Below, piece by piece: positions 26,329 through 30,084 of a stretch of 30,084 bases of DNA. The stretch lies in IMG/VR virus record IMGVR_UViG_3300007274_000042; one strand, 5' to 3'. This DNA is from an uncultured virus (IMG/VR IMGVR_UViG_3300007274_000042). Lineage: Duplodnaviria > Heunggongvirae > Uroviricota > Caudoviricetes. The notes under the pieces are model-generated. The model searched no databases. It saw nothing but the letters and a program-made list of their open reading frames with translations, and was not told the DNA's origin. The position numbers and the translations under genes were made by a program. Position 1 is the stretch's first letter. Each line of letters opens with the position of its first letter.

Positions 26329-27822
26329 TTATCGCCCAAATATTAATTCACTTAAACCAAATTCACCTTTCGAAGGATTGAATCTTTCACCAGCCAGCCG
26401 CAGCCGCCGTCCAAACTCAGGCATAGGTAAGTCTTTGACTTGTTTACGAGGCTTACGTGTCTGTGGTTTGATCTGAGGTGGCTTTTCAATTTGAGCCATT
26501 CTTGCTTTGTGCTTCTCCATCGGACTACCTTCTACTCTTCCAGTACGTTCTTGGGTACCAATAGCTTGCCTGAACTTAGGAACAATTCCTTCACCAGTCT
26601 GCTGTTCGACGACTTCGTCGAGAGCTTCAACTGCGGCAGCACCTACTAGACCAGGACCGGCGTAAGCAGCTGCGGTAGCAACAATAGGTACGGCAGCGGA
26701 AGTGCTTGCTACAGCTCCTGCTACTGGCAGGCTTAAAGCAAACTCTTTCCCGTGTTGCTTCAGAGCAGCCACAGGACCTTTCTTGTAGGCAGTCTGAACT
26801 GTTTCCCTAGAAGGGATGAGGTCAGCAGCACCTACTGATAAAGCGCCTCTGAGCGGTGTTGCTTCAAATGCTTTAGGTCTTAAGTCACCCAGTGTGTCTC
26901 CTAAACGAGCCATAGCTCTTTCGTGAGCTTCAAAGAATGATGTACCAGGCATCCTTGGCGGAGACATAGTTGGGAATCTTTTATCTCCTTTACCAGCTTC
27001 CCATTGTCTTGCACCGCTTTGTACAACAGTTGCCTTCCCATCACGTGATGATGCTGGTGTATCAACTGCGTCGTCACTCCAGTTCACAGGAGCGATATCA
27101 GGGTGCGTCATTACAGCAACCTCCTGACCTTGCTTGCGCCAATCTTCTAAGGCAGCAGCAGATTCTTTAGTGGGGTTTTGTATGTGCTCACCGTAAAGTT
27201 CGCCATGCTGCTCATCCCACAGATCAAGCATGTCGGTGTTGTCTGAGTACTTGAGTGCGTTTTGAATCCACTCAGTTCTTTTACCTCCGCCAGCAAGTCC
27301 GTCAACTTTACGAGCTAAACCGAAATCAAGTAGTACTGGTTTATCAGTCTTGGGATTGTATTTAATATTTCCATTGTGGTCATCGCTGTGAAGAATGCCT
27401 TTCATGTATAGGTCAGTCAATCCTCTAGCTTTAGCGTGCTTTTGTTTGCTTTGAGCTCCAGCCACTTGAGCAAAGTCGGCTTCATCCATAGAGATGAAGC
27501 TAATACCTACGTCAGTAGGATACCTACTTTCGATGCCGGTTTTTGGATCTTTACGCATAGGAGCATCAGGACGGTCAGGGACAAATCCTGAATCACCAAT
27601 ACGTGGTACTTCAAATACTCCATCGTTTAGCTCCATTGTTCGGAACTGTTTATCGGCTTCATTCCTCCAAGTTTCGTATTCACCTTTCTGAACTTTAATG
27701 ACTTTGCCTGGGTGCTTATCGGATTTAAATACTCCACCGTAAGCGGACGCATCGCCAACACGTTTCCACTCTGGGTGAACACCCATGTGAATCATATTGA
27801 GTTCACTTCTATTAAATTCCAC
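26329..27822 (-). CDS. Protein kinase-like domain fused to an Ala-rich C-terminal region
   Basis: VGDASAYGGVF (P-loop-like), VIKV (beta3 Lys), EADK (alphaC Glu), HSDDHNGN (catalytic loop) and LLDFGLA. Confidence 0.85.
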   Translation of the reverse strand: MEFNRSELNMIHMGVHPEWKRVGDASAYGGVFKSDKHPGKVIKVQKGEYETWRNEADKQFRTMELNDGVFEVPRIGDSGFVPDRPDAPMRKDPKTGIESRYPTDVGISFISMDEADFAQVAGAQSKQKHAKARGLTDLYMKGILHSDDHNGNIKYNPKTDKPVLLDFGLARKVDGLAGGGKRTEWIQNALKYSDNTDMLDLWDEQHGELYGEHIQNPTKESAAALEDWRKQGQEVAVMTHPDIAPVNWSDDAVDTPASSRDGKATVVQSGARQWEAGKGDKRFPTMSPPRMPGTSFFEAHERAMARLGDTLGDLRPKAFEATPLRGALSVGAADLIPSRETVQTAYKKGPVAALKQHGKEFALSLPVAGAVASTSAAVPIVATAAAYAGPGLVGAAAVEALDEVVEQQTGEGIVPKFRQAIGTQERTGRVEGSPMEKHKARMAQIEKPPQIKPQTRKPRKQVKDLPMPEFGRRLRLAGERFNPSKGEFGLSELIFGR

Positions 27823-27849
27823 TATAGATATTGGTAACCAATATCTATA
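27823..27849. promoter_or_regulatory. Perfect 27-bp palindrome abutting the kinase start codon
   Basis: TATAGATATTGGT-A-ACCAATATCTATA. Confidence 0.7.
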
Positions 27850-27866
27850 TTTTAAGGAATTAAATG

Positions 27867-28055
27867 TTAGTCAGGTCCTTCTAAAAATTTCAACTCTAAG
27901 TGTGCTTTACGCAGCTCAGTTTGAATCTCTTTAGCTCTCTCTTGTTCTTCAGCCTCGCCACCAGGCCAGTCTTGTATGTACTTATCAACAGCTTGGACTA
28001 GCAGTGCTAGTGCGGGCTTATCGATTTGAAAATTGAATAGGATGTCGTCATGCAT
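27867..28055 (-). CDS. Small hypothetical protein (WPGG motif)
   Basis: ATG 28055 lies 1 nt after the polymerase stop; MHDDILFNFQID...WPGGEAEEQE. Confidence 0.7.
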   Translation of the reverse strand: MHDDILFNFQIDKPALALLVQAVDKYIQDWPGGEAEEQERAKEIQTELRKAHLELKFLEGPD

Positions 28056-28056
28056 A

Positions 28057-29358
28057 TCAGTGAGTGCTCGCCCAGTTAGGTCCACTGTCTGCGCTAGCAG
28101 CAATGGGTACGCGGAAGTTGTAGTGCTGCCCCGCAAGCGGTGCGGCATTTTCTAGAAGCTCTTTGACTCGGTCAACCTCTTGGGGTACAACCGACAACTG
28201 AACTTCATCGTGTACGTACGCACATCGTGTGTAGTCCACGTCGTAAGTCAGTCCAGCATCATCGAGCAGTTGTTGTCCGATAACAACGAACCGCTTAGAT
28301 AAAATAGCTCCACATGATTGGAGCAGGTAGTTGAGCGATGCATGTTCTGCGCGACAGAAAATAGGACGCCCATCAAGGCCCCTAAGGCGACCGCTACTCT
28401 TAACTTTATTCTTGACCGCATCAATCAATGGCTCCAATCCAGGGATAGCGTCAAGGAACTTGCGTCGTAGTTCTTGACCGAGTGCTTTCTTCTGCCCGTC
28501 AGTCAGAGCAGGGTTAAGGCTATGGCCTAGCTTCTGGTCACCGGCACCGTAGATGAAAGCGTAAGTAATAGTCTTGACTTCACGTCGTGTACAACCAACA
28601 CGGTCAGCATTCTGCTGGTGAATATCACCGTTGACTACAACCTCAGCGAAGGCCCCTTCGTCGTAGACGGCCAAGTAGTGCCCAAGGCAGCGAAGCTCTA
28701 GTCCTTCAAGGTCAGCGCCAACCATGACGTGACCGGGGTGAGGAATGAATAGCTGCCGTGCCCAGGGAGCACTCACAACCTGCCCAAGGTTGGGACCACG
28801 GTGAGCGTTACGCCCAGTTTGTGTAGCTAGTGAACAGCTGTGATGAATACAACCGTCGTCTTCGATGGTGTTGAACCAAGAGTTCGCACCTTCAGACAGC
28901 TGACCCAGCCACTTCTGTAGCGTGAGCAGACGAATGAACATGTCGCATTCTTCTGCCAGCTTGTTGTTCTCTTGCTGGATTGCGAGGTCACGCATCTCAG
29001 ACATAGCAGCCTCGTCAACCTTTGGCTTACCTGTGTCTGTGACTTTGGTGAAGCGAGCTTGACTGAAGTTCTGTAGTGCCCAAGCAATGTGCTGACGAGA
29101 GGTCGGATTGAACTCAAGCAGCTTGGTCATAGGCGCACCAGCGATGTAGCCCTTGGTCTTGTTGTTACGTTTCGGTGTATATACTTTGCCGGGAACGTAT
29201 ACAAAGCGTGCTGTGATCTGAGCAACAAGATCATCTTGCTCTTGCTGTAGTTCACCGCGCACACGCTCTGCTGCGGGAACATCGAAACGGAAGCCACTGG
29301 CTTCCTGTTGAGCCATGAGACGAGCCATCTCCATCTCAAGTGCTACGTAATCAGCCAT
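28057..29358 (-). CDS. polA: DNA polymerase family A, polymerase domain (T7-like)
   Basis: Motif A GADLEGLELRCL, motif B RREVKTITYAFIYG, motif C YVHDEVQ; AGGAGG SD 6 nt before ATG 29358. Confidence 0.95.
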   Translation of the reverse strand: MADYVALEMEMARLMAQQEASGFRFDVPAAERVRGELQQEQDDLVAQITARFVYVPGKVYTPKRNNKTKGYIAGAPMTKLLEFNPTSRQHIAWALQNFSQARFTKVTDTGKPKVDEAAMSEMRDLAIQQENNKLAEECDMFIRLLTLQKWLGQLSEGANSWFNTIEDDGCIHHSCSLATQTGRNAHRGPNLGQVVSAPWARQLFIPHPGHVMVGADLEGLELRCLGHYLAVYDEGAFAEVVVNGDIHQQNADRVGCTRREVKTITYAFIYGAGDQKLGHSLNPALTDGQKKALGQELRRKFLDAIPGLEPLIDAVKNKVKSSGRLRGLDGRPIFCRAEHASLNYLLQSCGAILSKRFVVIGQQLLDDAGLTYDVDYTRCAYVHDEVQLSVVPQEVDRVKELLENAAPLAGQHYNFRVPIAASADSGPNWASTH

Positions 29359-29584
29359 CGGCATCCTCCTTATTAAATCCAAACGTCATTGCTTTTTCTT
29401 CCAGTGCCTTGTCAGCACGGCGCTTATGTCCGAGCTTGGCTACTGATTCCATAACCTTAAGTACATCTTCGACAGTTGCTTTAGGCAGCTGCTTCGCGAC
29501 GACTTGGTACAGCGGCATAAAGATGTCCGCTGCTTCGGTCATTTCTTCTACGGTTAACGGGTCGTTTTTCTTAGGTGTTTTCAT
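29351..29584 (-). CDS. Hypothetical 77-aa protein between the polymerase halves
   Basis: Overlaps the exonuclease stop (ATGA) and the polymerase start (8 nt). Confidence 0.75.
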   Translation of the reverse strand: MKTPKKNDPLTVEEMTEAADIFMPLYQVVAKQLPKATVEDVLKVMESVAKLGHKRRADKALEEKAMTFGFNKEDADG

Positions 29585-30084
29585 TGGTAATCATTCATAC
29601 GTCGTTGGAGAAGTTCCCACAGCTTTGCGGTAACTTCGGTGTCTTGGATGCAGTAGCTGAGCATCTCAGGTGTGTAGGTATCCCACGCTCCGTCGTGCTT
29701 ACCAAAGTCTCCTTTGAAGCACTTGAGTCGGTAGCCCCAGGCCTCTAGTGAATGGCGTCCATACAGACGCTGGGGCATACCCAGTGGCCGCCGTTCAAAG
29801 TCACGGTCAGCCACGTGGGGATAGAACAATCGGCTGAGTACAAGCGTGTCAAACACTTGACCCTGTGGAGCGAACTCCGGGTACTGCTCTTTGAGCAGAG
29901 GGATGTCATAGCCGATGATGTTGTGACCAATCAGAGCATCTGCGCTCTCCAGCATTTTGACGCCTTGGAGTAGAGCCCGCTCTGGCTTATGGTCGAACAC
30001 TTGAACGTCGTCGCCGTCACGGGCAACGATGCAGTGGATAGTTGAGCCACGGCGCAGAAGGGTGCTCTCTAAGTCAAACAGTAG
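29581..30084 (-). CDS. 3'-5' exonuclease domain of DNA polymerase A as a separate gene (5' partial)
   Basis: Frame open to the window edge: LLFDLES (ExoI), GHNIIGYDIP (ExoII), HSLEAWGYRL and YCIQD (ExoIII), then TGA at 29581-29583. Confidence 0.92.
   Translation of the reverse strand, partial: LLFDLESTLLRRGSTIHCIVARDGDDVQVFDHKPERALLQGVKMLESADALIGHNIIGYDIPLLKEQYPEFAPQGQVFDTLVLSRLFYPHVADRDFERRPLGMPQRLYGRHSLEAWGYRLKCFKGDFGKHDGAWDTYTPEMLSYCIQDTEVTAKLWELLQRRMNDYQ

Noticed and set aside
26201..26476. Plus-strand 91-aa ORF
   Set aside because: It lies antisense to the riboswitch, promoter and kinase 3' end, and has no recognisable motifs.
29359..29583. Self-splicing intron or intein in polA
   Set aside because: The segment is short, is fully occupied by a plausible coupled ORF, shows no group I core or intein motifs, and the polymerase has its own SD.

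Overview
A 30 kb segment of a dsDNA phage genome, most likely a marine cyanophage. The host inference rests on an NtcA box, a glutamine riboswitch, a DUF4278-like peptide and a tRNA-Ser-type attP. Positions 1-20.7 kb hold virion-like genes: hypothetical proteins, a SWIM-finger protein, several modular tail-fibre-like proteins, two long Lys-rich collagen-like proteins (one spanning a 166-N gap), a thioredoxin plus Cys-repeat protein and a DUF285/BspA-repeat protein. Facing the collagen genes is a two-gene operon. It encodes a prolyl-4-hydroxylase-type oxygenase and a three-domain protein with motifs of collagen galactosyltransferase (COLGALT/GT25), PLOD-type glycosyltransferase and lysyl hydroxylase, which looks like a self-contained collagen hydroxylation/glycosylation pathway beside its substrates. 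Next come a GT/methyltransferase/GT cluster, a tRNA-Ser 3' fragment plus tyrosine integrase, a second 2OG-Fe(II) oxygenase, a ~120 bp imperfect palindrome, a SET-domain gene and an HNH gene. A compact nitrogen-sensing unit follows (NtcA site over a -10, glutamine riboswitch, 54-aa DUF4278-like ORF, terminator). The window ends with a protein-kinase fusion preceded by a perfect 27-bp palindrome and a T7-type DNA polymerase A split into exonuclease and polymerase genes. All calls come from motif recognition by eye; no database searches were run.
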